The translations under genes and the position numbers were made by a program. From Malacoraja senta (Eukaryota), in the NCBI GenBank assembly GCA_038087875.1, contig CM075982.1, positions 60,822,001-60,886,000 on the forward strand: a stretch of 64,000 nt of DNA. Reading direction: 5' to 3'. The notes beneath the pieces were generated by a model, which worked only from the letters and a program-made list of their open reading frames with translations, was not told the origin of the DNA and made no database searches. Positions 24,181 through 36,676 of this stretch are shown here, in pieces (the first letter of the stretch is position 1; the number at the start of each line of letters is the position of its first letter).

Positions 24181-24986
24181 TCAACTTATTTCTGAATGTC
24201 AGTAAGATGAAGGAGATAGTTATCGACATCAGGAAGCATGGTGGGAGATATGCCCCAATCAGCATCAATGGAAATAGATGAGAGCTTCAAGGTCCTTGGC
24301 ATTACTATATTACCAACGATCTGTGGTGGACCAGCCACAATGAAGCAACAGCGATGAAGGCACACCACGCTTCTACTTCTTCAGGAGACTGAGAAAATTT
24401 GGCATGTCTCAAATAACTCTTACAAACTTTTACAGAAGCGCCATTGAAAGCATCCTGTTGGGTTGCATCACAGCTTGGTTTGGGAACAGCTTTACCCAAG
24501 ACCACAAGAAAAAGCAGAGAGTAGTGGATGTAGCCCAGTTGATCACACGGACCAGACACCTCACCATTGACTTTCCATCTACACTTAACAATGCCTCAGG
24601 AAAGCAGCTAACATAATCAAAGGCATGCCTCGCCCCAGTCATTCCTTCCTCTCTCTGCTCCCATTGGGCAGAAGATACAAAAGCTTCAAAGCATGCACCG
24701 CCAGACTCATTAACAGCTTCTTTCCTTCTATTATCAGGCTTCCGAACAGTTCTTCCATAAGCTAGGGTACTGTCCGATTCACCACTACCCCATTGCAGAC
24801 ATTAGATTTTGTCTATGGAACTGGTGCGCTACATTGCTGAGAACTATATTCTGCACTTTGTGGAATGTTGTTCCTGAGTTTGGCTTGATTGTATTTATAT
24901 AGTATTATCTGATCTGATTCGATAGCATGCAAAACGAAGCTTTGCACTGTACCTTGGTACACGTGACAATAATAAACCTAAACCTT
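24181..24986 (+). mobile_element. Rex1/Babar-type LINE 3' fragment
   Basis: LTNFYRSAIESILLGCITAWFGN...QRVV..AQ.IT (ORF 24404-24616); 3' end GTGACAATAATAAACCTAAACCT. Confidence 0.88.
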
Positions 24987-25036
24987 AGCAAGGCGCCCCA
25001 GTGAGTTTACAGAACCTGGGTCCTAGTGAGTTTATA

Positions 25037-25180
25037 TCATAAGGTCATAAGTGATAGGAGTAGAATTAGGCCATTTGGCCCGTCAAGTCTACTCCGCCAT
25101 TCAATCATGGCTGATCTATCTCTCCTAACACCATTCACCTGCGTTCTCCCCATAACCTCTGACACCCATAGTAATCAAGA
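25037..25180 (-). mobile_element. CR1 3' tail
   Basis: TCATAAGGTCATAAG..GGAGTAGAATTAGGCCATT.GGCCC. Confidence 0.85.
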
Positions 25181-26049
25181 AATATTGAGCCACATATTCC
25201 TTTTATATGGAACCGGGGTCACAGTGATTTTCAAGGAAGCACAAAACATCACAAAAACAGGAGCCAAATCATTGGAATTTCTGAACAGTCGGTGGTTTAT
25301 TGGAGCTGTATCTTAGTGTGAAGTCAATAAACTATTTGCTTACTCCAAAAGATACTGCAATTAAACTTGGGTGAAAATCCATATATCCTCTGAAATTCCT
25401 TGGTATTTTAACCACCTCCAAGGAGCAAACCAAAAATGGGGCGTCTGGTGTCAAGTGCATCCAAAACCATTACCAAAACTTCATGGAGCTGTGGGAACAA
25501 TATATCTGCTTCCTTATAGTATCATTGCTCAATAATTATCTCAGTAAAAATAACGATTGAGTGTTGTATCACAATGATTTGCAAAAAAAAATAATTTTCA
25601 TTATTTTCTATAAAATACTAACGTATATAGGGAAGACCGCAGCAAAATACGATAAGAATCTGTATATTTTTCCCCGTGCCCTTCATTACCATCTTGTCAT
25701 CAGTGGATGAAAACACTGGGTTGTAATCAACCCACTGTCTGACCCAGATCAAGTTATAAAGTAATCAAAGAGGATGTTGGCAGCCTGAAGAAACACTGCA
25801 ATAATTAGTTGCTATCTTTCCTTTTATCATGCAAAAAGCATAGCAACTAAGCAGAACATTACAGAAGAATCCCAATAAATATGTTGCTGGATTTCCAGGC
25901 ACCATTACCCTTTGTTAAGGATTATGTTTGGATCGAGCTTCTGCATAATGGAAATGAATACAAATAATATGTTGAGTTTTTGTTTGGAAACTTTTGGAAA
26001 TGATAATGAGGGACTGAGTTGCCTGTCATTCAGACAATATGTAACGGAC

Positions 26050-26185
26050 AATAACGTTCATGAAGAGATAACAGAAGTGATTGGGTTAATGAAGTGATTG
26101 TGATGTACATGGACTTTCAAAAGGAGCTTGATAAAGTGCAACATAATGGGTTTGTTGTCAAAATTGAAACCAATGGAATAAAATG
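26050..26185 (+). pseudogene. Old CR1 RT remnant
   Basis: VMYMDFQKELDKVQH...KIE..GI resembles VYLDFQKAFDKVPH. Confidence 0.7.
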
Positions 26186-26520
26186 CAGAGGGCCAGCTCA
26201 TCCAGTTAAGCATCACAATACAGTGAAGCTTGAAATAAATGCAGGTTTTATTTTGGCAAAAATGAGAAAACAGGTGTTAAGTGGATGGATGCAATTAACA
26301 AAATTAGACTGTGTGAAAATGTAGATTAAACACTCAATCTTGGTACCATTTGGGGCTAACCAAATGTTGGCCATCCTTGAACTCCGAATGCAAAAGCATC
26401 CAGGTTTAGCATTCATATGTGGGTTAGTCAATATTGTCTCAGAATATACTTAGATCTATTGCACTAATTACATGGAATGTTCTGGCTTTATAGTTATTTT
26501 GACAGGAAAAGAGGATTCAG

Positions 26521-26618
26521 GTTAGACACAAAATGCTGGAGTAACTCAGCAGATCAGACAGCATCTCTAGAGAAAAGGAATGGGTGACGTTTCGGGTCGA
26601 GACCCTTTTTCAAACTGA
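26521..26618 (-). mobile_element. PLE terminal-repeat fragment
   Basis: TAGACACAAAATGCTGGAGTAACTCAGC...GACGTTTCGGGTCGAGACCC. Confidence 0.85.
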
Positions 26619-26619
26619 G

Positions 26620-28070
26620 TCTTTGATACATCCTGGTAGGATGCTTTCTATGGTACATCAGTAGATGTTGGTAAGAATCCTTGGAGACATGCAGAACTTC
26701 CTAAATATTCTGAGAAAATAGCGGTATGGTGTTCTTTCTTGGCCATAGCTTCAATTTGGTTGGTCCAGGACAAATTGTTTGTAATATTTACACCTCGGAA
26801 CTTGAAGCTCTCGACCATATCCACTTCAGCACTATTGATGCTGACTGGGGCTTGTGCACTACCTTGTTTCCAGAAGTCAATATCTAGCTGTCACTGACAG
26901 AGAGGCGGTTGGCTTGACGCAATGTTACTAGCTCCTAATCTCCTTCCTGTACTCCATATCGTTATTGTTTGAGATCCCATCCACTACGACGGTATCATCT
27001 ACAAACATATATATGGAGTTATGGCAGAATTTGGCCGCACAAGTGAGAGTGTATCGCGAGTATAATAAGGGGCTAAGAACACATGGTCACCAGTGTTGAG
27101 AACTACCATGGAGAATGTTTTGTCACGGATTTTTAATGATTGTGGTCTCTGAGTCAGGAAGTTAAAGACTCAGTTGCAGAGGTAAGTGCTGAATCTAGGT
27201 CCAGGAATTTGGAGCAGTTTGTTTGGGGTTTTGCCATTGAAGGTGGAGCTCCAGTTAATAAATAGAAGTCTGACATTGGTGTCCTTGTTATACAGATGCT
27301 CCAGGGATGAGAGTAGGGCCAGGACGATGGCATCTTCCATGGACCTATTGGGATGGCAAGCGACCTGCAGTGGATCAAGGCTGTCAGAGAGGCTGGAATT
27401 AATATGTGCCATGACCAGCATCCAGAAGTACTTCATGATGGTGGATGTCAGACCCATGGGATGATAGTCATTGAGGCACCTTGCATTTCTTTGGCATCAG
27501 GATGATAGTGGTTTACTTAAACCAATTGGGAACCTCAGAATGGAGTAGGAAGAGATTAAAGAAGTCCATGAATACTCCTGCCTGATTGTCCATGCAGGTC
27601 CCAAGTACGTGGGTTGGGTCTCCAACTGGGCCAGTTACCTACCTCGGATTCACTCTCGGGAAGGTCGACCTGACCTGCTACAACGTCTGCGGGTACCGGC
27701 GCACCCGAGGCTGTCGAGGCAGATGACGCAATTCCACCGACCTTCTGATCAAAGCAGACATAGAATGCATTGAGCTTGTCGAGGATGGATGCGTTGTCTC
27801 CAGTGATACTTTGTAGCATGTTACAGCATGCAAGCCATGCCACAATCAACAGCTATCTGTGTTGTTATCCTGTGACTCCAGCTGAGTCTGGAAATTCCTT
27901 TTTGACATCTTTGATGGCTTTGTGAAGGTTGTAAGTGGATTTCTTGTACCGTTTGGGATAGTTTATCTTGAACGCTGTAGACTTGGACACCACAATGGAA
28001 TGGACCTCATGGTTTATCCACCGTCCATGGTTTCTGGTTGGGAAACATTTGTATTGTCTTCTTTGGCACT
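26620..28070 (-). mobile_element. Rex1/Babar-type LINE RT fragment (degenerate)
   Basis: LTSTIMK.F..LV..HI...L...LDPLQ.A..PNRS.EDAI...HL......VRLLFI..SS.F (ORF 27170-27457); LNAFY..F; PNQKPW. Confidence 0.9.
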
Positions 28071-28234
28071 CATTCCTCTGCCTTCCTCTTTAAGTTGCAT
28101 TTGAACTTGGTGTTAGTGATGTTTTGCAGTTTTGTCACTCAATAATTCTGTGTTTCAACCTATAACCAAGCCTGTCCAGTTGAAGAACATGTTATAGTTC
28201 ATAAATAACAATAACAAAAACAAATTCAAGAAGC

Positions 28235-28305
28235 ACCCTGCAGGTCAAGCAGCATCTGTGGAAAGAGAAACAGTTAATGTTTCAGGTCCAGGACCCTTCT
28301 TTGGA
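28235..28305 (-). mobile_element. Old-subfamily PLE terminal fragment
   Basis: GCAGGTCAAGCAGCATCTGTGGAAAGAGAAACAGTTAATGTTTCAGGTC. Confidence 0.65.
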
Positions 28306-29019
28306 ATAGATACTGAACAGATACAGAACAATACTCTCGTGGTTCAGTAGACTAGACATTGAATGAAATCTCGCTGGATTCATTATGGAATTATTGTGAA
28401 ACTATAAACGTAAGGATGTGCATTCAAAAGCAGTTTTGTTTTCAGTAAATGCTATATTAGTAAATGTTTTATCCTTTCAAAGGACTTTGTCAAGGCTCTG
28501 AATGATCTAAATTAAGAAGATTGGCACATGCTGCATATTATTCCTCAGTATTATCATTTATTACTCCGTATTGTCGAAAAGCAAGAGTATCGAGTATCTG
28601 TTCTGCTGATGGGATAGACATTAGCACCAACAGTTTTGCAGAAGGCAAAAATTACCATATAGCTTTCAAGTGGGAAAACGTTTTACTTATTGTTACTTGC
28701 TTTTAAAACAAGGCTGGGACTCAGATAATGGGTATTACACCTGCAATAATGGTCACCTTTGTTCGACAGTGTTTCATTGACAGTCGCAAGATTTGTAATA
28801 GAAGCAAACAGGATTAACCTCTTCGAGGGTGGCAGCAAGCAATTTCTACACAACCAAAAGAATAACGTGGCGAAAACTCCTTACTCCATTATTCAGAAGA
28901 TTCCATAATTCAAGTTCCGCATATTTTGTTTGTTTCCCAGATTCTATAGTAAACTGCTGAATCTGTGCACAAGACAGATGACAAACTGATATCACATCAT
29001 GGAAGAATGTAAATTCAAT

Positions 29020-29122
29020 TGGAATAGGAATAGGAATACTTTATTGTCACATGTGACGAGGCACAGTGAGATTCTTTGGTTGCATACACAATGTATACAA
29101 ATAGCGGCCACCTACAGCGCTG
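29020..29122 (-). mobile_element. Rex1-type LINE 3' end stub
   Basis: (GGAATA)n tail followed by TTTATTGTCACATGTGAC..CACAGTGAGATTC; related to 50190-50255. Confidence 0.55.
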
Positions 29123-29825
29123 AAAGCCGAGTTTAAAATTGGAATTAACATCAATAGAACGTTGATAGAAGGATGATAGAATTTATGAGGGGCATCGTGC
29201 TTTCTCCTGGCCAGTTTATAAACTAGGTAAGGCTAGAAAGTTACCACTGGGATCAAGGGCACACCTACTGCCAACAAACAGTTCTTTTCCATGCCAGTAA
29301 AAACTTGGATTTTTGACTTGTTAAGGATGTTTCAAGATTAAACATTATAAGATTAAATATTAAGGAGCCTTATTACAAGGTGACTGGTCAGTATGGGTTG
29401 AAGATAGCTTGTCTGTAACCATTCCGAATTTATTTTCAATTGATCCCAAATTCATGTCAACAAAGTAATGAACTATTTTCACCTTGTGTTTGGGCAAATG
29501 TTATTAATTTGCAAACAATCGCGTTGTAATTGCAAAAATGGTGTTAAAACAAGCCATAACATCAAGCTTTTTTGAAATATCTTTTTTCAATCATTCTCTT
29601 TCTGTAAATAGGTTTTCCAATGAGCAAAAGCTAAATATTTGTTAGATCAAACAGGACACGCATAGTGAAATAAATCTGACCTTTCAACTCAATAATAATT
29701 TGTTTTTTCAAATGAATGATCATCAATCTGACATTTTAATTCTGTTTCTCTTCTTAGATGCTCTGAACTTACTTTTCTTTCAGATGCCCAGCACCCACAG
29801 TCAATATCTTTAATGCATTTCCAAA

Positions 29826-30269
29826 CTGAGCTATAGGGAGAGACTGAGTAGGCTGGGACTGTACTCCTTGGAGTGCAGGAGGATTGGTAGTGATCTTATT
29901 AAGGTATATTAAAAAAATGAGATGTATAGTTTGGGTAGATGCACAGAGTCTCTTGCCCAAAGTAGGTGAATCGAGGACCAGAGGACATAGGTTTTTAGGT
30001 GAAGGGGAAAATATTTAATAGGAATCTGAGGGGTAACTTTTTCACACAAAGGGTGGTGGGTGTATGGAACAAGCTGCCAGAGGATGTAGTTGAGGCAGGG
30101 ACTATCCCAACACTTAAGAAAGTTAGACAGGTACATGGATAGAGCAGGTTTGGAGGGATATGGACCAAATGCAGCAGGCAGATGGGACTAGAGTAGCTGG
30201 GACATATTGGCCAATGTGGGCAAGTTTGACCTAAGGGCCTGTTTCCGCACTGTATCACTATGACTCTAA
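29826..30269 (+). mobile_element. CR1 LINE 3' fragment
   Basis: Colinear with 9485-9818 and inverse of 36677-37120. Confidence 0.9.
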
Positions 30270-30989
30270 ACACTTTGCAATTTTAGTTATGGATAGACAG
30301 TTGTACAAACAATGCCTAATGGGTTTTTTTAAATTTGTGTTTATGCACTAGAAGCTAAAAAGAGTGATACTTATGGAGCTCTTGATTTGATTGCATTGTG
30401 TAAATGATAACACAAATCAAAGTAGTCCTTTAAAAAGAAATGCAACCATTCTCTACATTTGAAAATGATCGTAGTTATTAAAATGATCGGGATATAAATT
30501 AACCTACTGCACTACATATTGAGCTGGCCCCCATTACTTGGGACAATATTTTTGCTCTTATTTAATATTTATTGTTTGTATTGCTTTTCGCTTCCACTTT
30601 GCACTGAATCAATTGAATTTTAAACCAAATACAGTCTAGTTAATGTCAACAAATGGTGATACCAGGCATATTTACCTTTAGATACATCAATTCTAACGAT
30701 GTTTTATCAAAGGAGTATGGTTATATGGTTATATATGGTTATATGAGTACTTTTTGGGGGGAAATGAACTTCACTAATCCTATATCACTGCCAATTGCAC
30801 TAGAAGGTTTCAGGGATTTTTTGTCAAATGTTTTCTATTTGTATTAACAGCAATCACAGGAGATTCAAACTGGGCTATATAGAAAATTTGGTTAAAAAAA
30901 CTAGTTAATGCACTTTGTGCTTGTTTACTTTAAATGTCTTTGATCTTCAGATAGAGGACAGGAAATTTGTACTAATACATGAAGACATT

Positions 30990-32622
30990 GTTTTATTTAA
31001 ATCTTTTTATTTGAATTTCACAGCAATTTGCATACATACTATGATAACAGACAGTGACAGTCAAAGCATAATTGTACAACAGTATGTAAGCGACCCTCAA
31101 AGCCCTTACCCTTACCCACCTTCAACCCACCCGAATCAGGTAGGAACCAAACGGGGACAAACAACACTCACATACGTACACATCCACACAAATATGGTAA
31201 GATAAACGAAACAAAAAGTACTAAAAAAAAATATTTAATAACAGTAAATAAGTAAGTAATTAAATAAATAAGTGTGGGGAGGGGGGGTTAAGGGGAGAGC
31301 AGCTGCAGTAGAGCAAAACAATGGTGGTGAACACTCAGTCCTCTTCCGAGTCCGGGGACAAGTTGAGAGAGTTAACAAGTTCCAAGAAAGGGTTCCATGT
31401 ATCTAGGAATGTCTTGGTAGAGCCTTTGAGAGAGAACCTACGTTTTTCAAGCTTTAAATTGTAAAGCACCTCCTTAATCCAACGGGCGTGTATCGGGGGA
31501 CAGGTGAGCCTCCAGTTAAGCAAGATCAGTCTCCGGGCTAACAAGGTTGTAAAAGCTAGGACCCGTTTCACCGCAACAGAGAGGTTGGTGTTGGGAGGGG
31601 TACCGAAAATGGCTGACATTGGGTTTGGAGGAATAGTCTGGCCGTAGGCTCTGCTTATCAAGTCGAAAGCACTCGTCCAAAAGGCTGCTAGCTTAGGGCA
31701 AGACCAAAACATATGGCTATGGTTGGCAGGGGATTGATTACATCTGTTGCAGGTGTCCCTAACAGCGGGGTAAATTCTAGATAATCTTGCATTTGTGTAG
31801 TGGACTTTGTGAAGGACTTTGCATTGGATTAGGCCATGACGGGCACATATGGAGGAAGAATGGATCAAATCCAAGGCAGAGTCCCATTGCTGGTCTGTTA
31901 ATTTCATATTCAGCTCACCCTCCCACGCAGCTTTTAATGAGGTATGAAGTTTCAATATAACCGACCCTAGCAAGTTATACAAAATAGAGATGCATTTCTT
32001 CCGGTTGGGATCTAGAGCTAAGATGGTATCGGTCAGGGTTTCAGGGGGCGATTTGGGAAATGGGGGAATGTCTTCTTCACAAAATCCCTAATCTGGAAAA
32101 AACGAAAAAGGTGGGAGTTTGGGAGGCTGTAGTTGGACGAGAGCTCCGCAAAGGACGAAAAGATGCCATCCTTGTATAGGTTTTTGATACTACTGATACC
32201 GTTGCTATGCCAGGTTTTGAATGCGTGGTCAGTACTTGAAGGTTTAAAGATGTGATTTTTAAGCAGTGGGGTCAAGATGGAAGGGCCTTGTAAACCGAAG
32301 TTTTTCCTGAGTTGACTCCATATCTTGAGCGAGAGGGACGCAATTGGGCCTGCACCCACAGATGTTATAGGAAGGGGGAGTTGGGAGCATAGGACAGACC
32401 GCAACGGGAGACGTGAACTCGCCTTTTCCATGTATACCCAGGTCGGTAGGTGGTCGCAATCATCATTCATCCAATACAGGAGTTTTTGCAAGTTAGCTGC
32501 CCAATAGTATCGCCTAAAGTCAGGAAGTGCCAAACCGCCATCACTCTTAGGAGACTGCAGTATCGCCTTTCGGATTCTAGCCGGTTTGCTACCCCATAAA
32601 AATTTAGATATTGTCAATCTAA
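30990..32622 (-). mobile_element. L1-clade LINE, 5'-truncated: ORF2 C-terminus, 3' UTR and A-rich tail
   Basis: GGLALPDFRRYYWA motif; CCHC-type knuckle CNRC..SPANHSHMFWSCP; ORFs 32033-32629 and 31335-31982 join with one frameshift at the G run 32044-32048; AATAAA/A-rich end near 30990-31012. Confidence 0.92.
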
Positions 32623-33079
32623 CCAACATTCTTACATGGGCTGCTTACTGTAATACTGTCATGTGCTAGTTACCTGCTAGACCAGAGGGAATTAACTTCC
32701 AATACTTTGATGTTCTGCATCAGAACCTCTTACCTTCTTTCACTTTCAAAGTCTTAATTTATTCATTGTAAGAATTTGCTATTCCTTAAAGTGTCAAATA
32801 TCAGTACTGGGAAATGGGACACTGTTTTGAGCACTTAATGTTGGCAATGAGCAGTGATTAAAATTGTCTTTACAATGCCCTCTCAAGGTGCTGGCTCAGA
32901 AGATTCACAAAAAAAACGCTTTTTGTCCCAGTAAAAAAATATTTCCAGTGATGGAGCCATAGACTTAAGAAACAGGCCTTTGTTCCATTGAATCTGTGTC
33001 AACCATTAAGTAAATACTTAGGATAATATCAATTTTCCTCTCATATCCCCATTGACGTTTGCCCCTTCTGCCACCCACC

Positions 33080-33370
33080 TTCCAATTTTCTTGCCTTAGA
33101 CATTTCCAAATATCAATTTACCACGGCCATTTAGCCTCCACGTCTTTAGCACGTGGGAGGATACTGGAGCACCAAGGAAGACGTGGAGAACATGCCAACT
33201 CCACACAGACACCACCTGAGATCTGAAGAAAGGTCTAGACCCGAAACGTTGCCAATTCCTTCTCTCCATAGATGCTGCCTCACCCGCTGAGTTTCTCCAG
33301 TATTTTGTGTCTACCACCTGAGATCATGATTGAACACCAATTATCTGAAGCTGTAAGGAAGCAGTGCCAA
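33080..33370 (-). mobile_element. Old V-SINE interrupted by a PLE insertion
   Basis: CGTCTTT..GTGGGAGGATACTGGAGCACC..CTCCACACAGAC..GCTGTAAGG. Confidence 0.7.
33224..33312 (+). mobile_element. Short PLE-derived insertion
   Basis: Exact 13-bp TSD ACCACCTGAGATC (33211-33223, 33313-33325); CTGAAGAAAGGTCTAGACCCGAAACGTT. Confidence 0.9.
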
Positions 33371-33429
33371 CTGGTTAGTACCGTTTGTTCTGAAATAAGA
33401 ACGAAAAACCAGTTGGCTTGTCCAAGGCA

Positions 33430-33672
33430 TTGCCAAAATGTCACCTATGCATATTCTCCAGAGATGCTGCCTGACCATAGAAACATAGAAAATAGGTGCT
33501 GGTGTAGGCCATTTGGCCCTTCGAGCCAGCGACGCCATTCAACATGATCATAGCTGATCATTCAAAATCAGTACCAGTTCCTGGTTTTTACCCATATCCC
33601 TTGATTCTGTTAGCCCTATGTTACTTTGTCATCTTTTGTGTATCAACCCGAATCTGCAGTTCTTTGTTTCTG
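33430..33672. mobile_element. PLE terminal repeat (+) split by a CR1 tail (-, ~33476-33617)
   Basis: TCTCCAGAGATGCTGCCTGACC | CATAGAAACATAGAAAATAGG... | GTTACT..ATCTGCAGTTCTT. Confidence 0.75.
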
Positions 33673-34369
33673 CAATTTGTTAATTAGTCACATACCAACA
33701 AGCTTGAGATAGCTTAAACTGAGTTACAGGCCTTTTTTTAAAGTCAACTCTTCCATATTCCCAGACTAGAGGGGTTTCAAACTGAAATCCAGAAGAGATC
33801 CTAGTTATTTATTGCTGCTTCTCATTCTTTCTGCTATCTTTTCTCATGTAAAAATTGTTACCCAAGTTGACTGGAGTGAATTTGCAGCGTATCAGGTAAT
33901 TTATGTGCAGTAATCTACCGAACAGTTCACTATACATTTTAAAGTAAGACTGCCCATGTGTCAAATCCGCCTTTCACATTCAGGATAAAATGTGCCACCT
34001 TTTAGCTGTGCTGCTGAGAGCATCATCTTGCAGAAGAACTGAGTTGCTGCTAACCAAACCATACACTAAATTGCTCGCAATTTGAGGAAACTGTCAACAA
34101 CCCGTTACCTAGAGAAGCATTTCACATAACAATGAGCATTGTAATGGGCAAGAGTGAAGGAAAGCTTTGGGTCAAAATTTGGAAACAAATATATAAATTT
34201 AAAACGTACAAGTCATTCAGAATTCAGCTAAGTTTAAATAATGTGGGGTTAGACTATCTTGTCAAGAACAATTCGAACCAAGCCTGGAACTAAAGATCAA
34301 ATCAAAAATCGATTTCTAATTATGCAGGTGCCGTAATTATATTATGATAACTTAACTATAAATGTGTAA

Positions 34370-34545
34370 ATAAAAACAGAAAATGTTGGAAATACTCAGC
34401 AAGTCAGGCTGCCTCTGTGGAAAGTAAAACAGATTGGATCAGTCACATCTGAAGTGACAGTTCTGAATCTTTGTTAGAACCGTCACTTCAGATGGGACAG
34501 ATTTGACACGTCTCTTCACTGTTGCTTTAATCTTGTGAATATATT
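34370..34545. mobile_element. Old-subfamily PLE palindrome with central 19-bp hairpin
   Basis: AAAACAGAAAATGTTGGAAATACTCAGCAAGTCAGG arm; inverted repeat 34446-34464 / 34476-34494 (1 mismatch). Confidence 0.6.
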
Positions 34546-35681
34546 TTATTTATTGATAAATGTTCAATAATGTTGAGGCTGATAAAGGTAGATTTTCCAT
34601 TCTGGAAACTGAGAACTGTTTTCACAATGCCAGTTGTAAGGCAGTTCTTTAGAAAATAAATTCATGTTCCTTTTATTCCTAATTAGACCCAGAAAACTTC
34701 AAATGCCTGTCACATCTTGATTGCTACAGGACCATTCAGAAGTTAATGCCTCACAAATGTGTGATCCAACAAAGAGCTTGATTGATTAGCTAACAGGTTA
34801 GAAATGCAAAACCAACCAATCTAAGAATTCCATTGTTTAATTTTTTTTTTTTAAAGAGTCATAACTCCTTCCTGGTAAAATGAGCTGGGGAAAGAGCAAT
34901 GAAGAATATAGATGGGTGAACTATCAAACAAATAGGAATTGGAACTGTACAAATACATTTGTAATTGCACTATCAGAAGAATTCCACTTTAGCTTTTTTT
35001 TACATAAAGCAGGACTACACTTTATTTACTGCAAGATGTTTCTCTCCCCATCCAGGAAAGTATTTTACTAATTTATTTTCTCAGTTAAACAGCAATCACT
35101 CTTCTGTCACCAGAGTCTTAAACTTTTGAACCCTGTCAGCAAAAAATTCCAACAAAATGTAACCAAAGATTCACAGGGGAACAATTCAGCACCATCAAAA
35201 TGAACTGCTGCAATACATTAGTGTCTATGCGCAGCGCGGTGAATATTGAGCTCTGTGTGCAGTAATTGTCACGATGACAGAGCTGGGAAAGCTCTTTATA
35301 ATTAGGATGGTTGTTTTGTCATGTGTAATGATCTGGAGAGGAGTCAGGGAGGGTAGAGGAACGGGAGCTGCTTTTCCCTGCAGCTTAGAGACAAAACCGG
35401 ACGGCAGCTGGTGGATTGGCTCAGCAAGCCACTCGTCAGCTGTCAGAGAATTGTGCAGCAGAGTCTCGGACGAAATAAAGCCAATCAGTGAAATAATGAG
35501 CAAGGTAATATTCCCCCAGAGACTTCCTGCAGGTTCTGTGAAGCCCACTGCAACTGTCCAACTATTTGCTTTCTCGGAGCCACACTTCTCTATTGATACG
35601 GAATGCCTTTTGTTTTGCATTAAGCAAAGGGAAAGAAAGTTAATTTAAACAGGAATTCTCCTTCCCGACAAGCCAGGCCAA

Positions 35682-35776
35682 GTCTGAAGAAGGGGCTCGA
35701 CCCGAAACGTCACCCATTACATCTCTCCAGAGATGTTGCCTGTCCCTGTTGAGTTACTCCAGCATTTTGTGTCTAC
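35682..35776 (+). mobile_element. PLE terminal repeat with hammerhead-like motif
   Basis: CTGAAGAAGGGGCTCGACCCGAAACGTC at 35684-35711. Confidence 0.85.
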
Positions 35777-36676
35777 CCACGCACATTCATCCTAGTTCCA
35801 GAGTTTGTTAAACCTACTTCCATGAATACTTTTTTTCATGCCGGTTCATTAAATATCCAGACGCGAAATTGATACCATTTAACAACTGGCCAAAGAAATT
35901 TCTTACTCACTTTAATTGTGTGAAGTAATGTTAAATTCTGTCTTTCCTTCCGACTTTAGGTGAAGTCATAAATGAGGCTTTGCAGCTGCCTTGTTCAGTG
36001 CTCTTAGGTTCTCTTCAAAGAACGATTTGACTGTTTTCCCTTTAAACTTTTGAGCACACCAGCGCTGATTCTTTAGGTTTTTTTGTTTGGAAGAGTATAG
36101 CATTTTAATTAACAACTAATGGATGCAGCGTTCTGACAGGCCGGAGAAAATTGATTGAAGAACGAGAAGCAGAATCTGCCAATGTTCCATCCCTCAGTTG
36201 TGCAAGAGAATGCAAAAATAGCCAATTATTATACTTTATTCATACCATACAGTACTTTAAGTTTAAAATAAATTTCTTGTACGAACTTGTTTCTGAACTA
36301 TAATGTTATGCAGCTCTTACTACACCACCTCAATAATGATTGCTGCTTCAATATTGCACTCCCATTATTACAATCATATAAAGTTGTCCCTTCTTCAGTA
36401 GAAAAAAACTATGATGGCTTTCAGCTGTTTGCTCAGGATTTATTGAATTAGCTTTTTGGCGTACAAAAACACTAGTGTTAAAGAAGCCATCTTGAGGTGT
36501 TTTTTCTTGGGCACCTGTCTGCATGTCTGGGCATTAAGTGAAGACAGGATACAGGATAAAACAGTTAACTGACACTGAGTCAGTTCACATACGAATAAAA
36601 GCCACTGATTGAAGTACCCAAGGAGAGTGGCACTCATGAAGCTCTTGGCTGAAGAAACAATGTCTCCGAAAATTGA

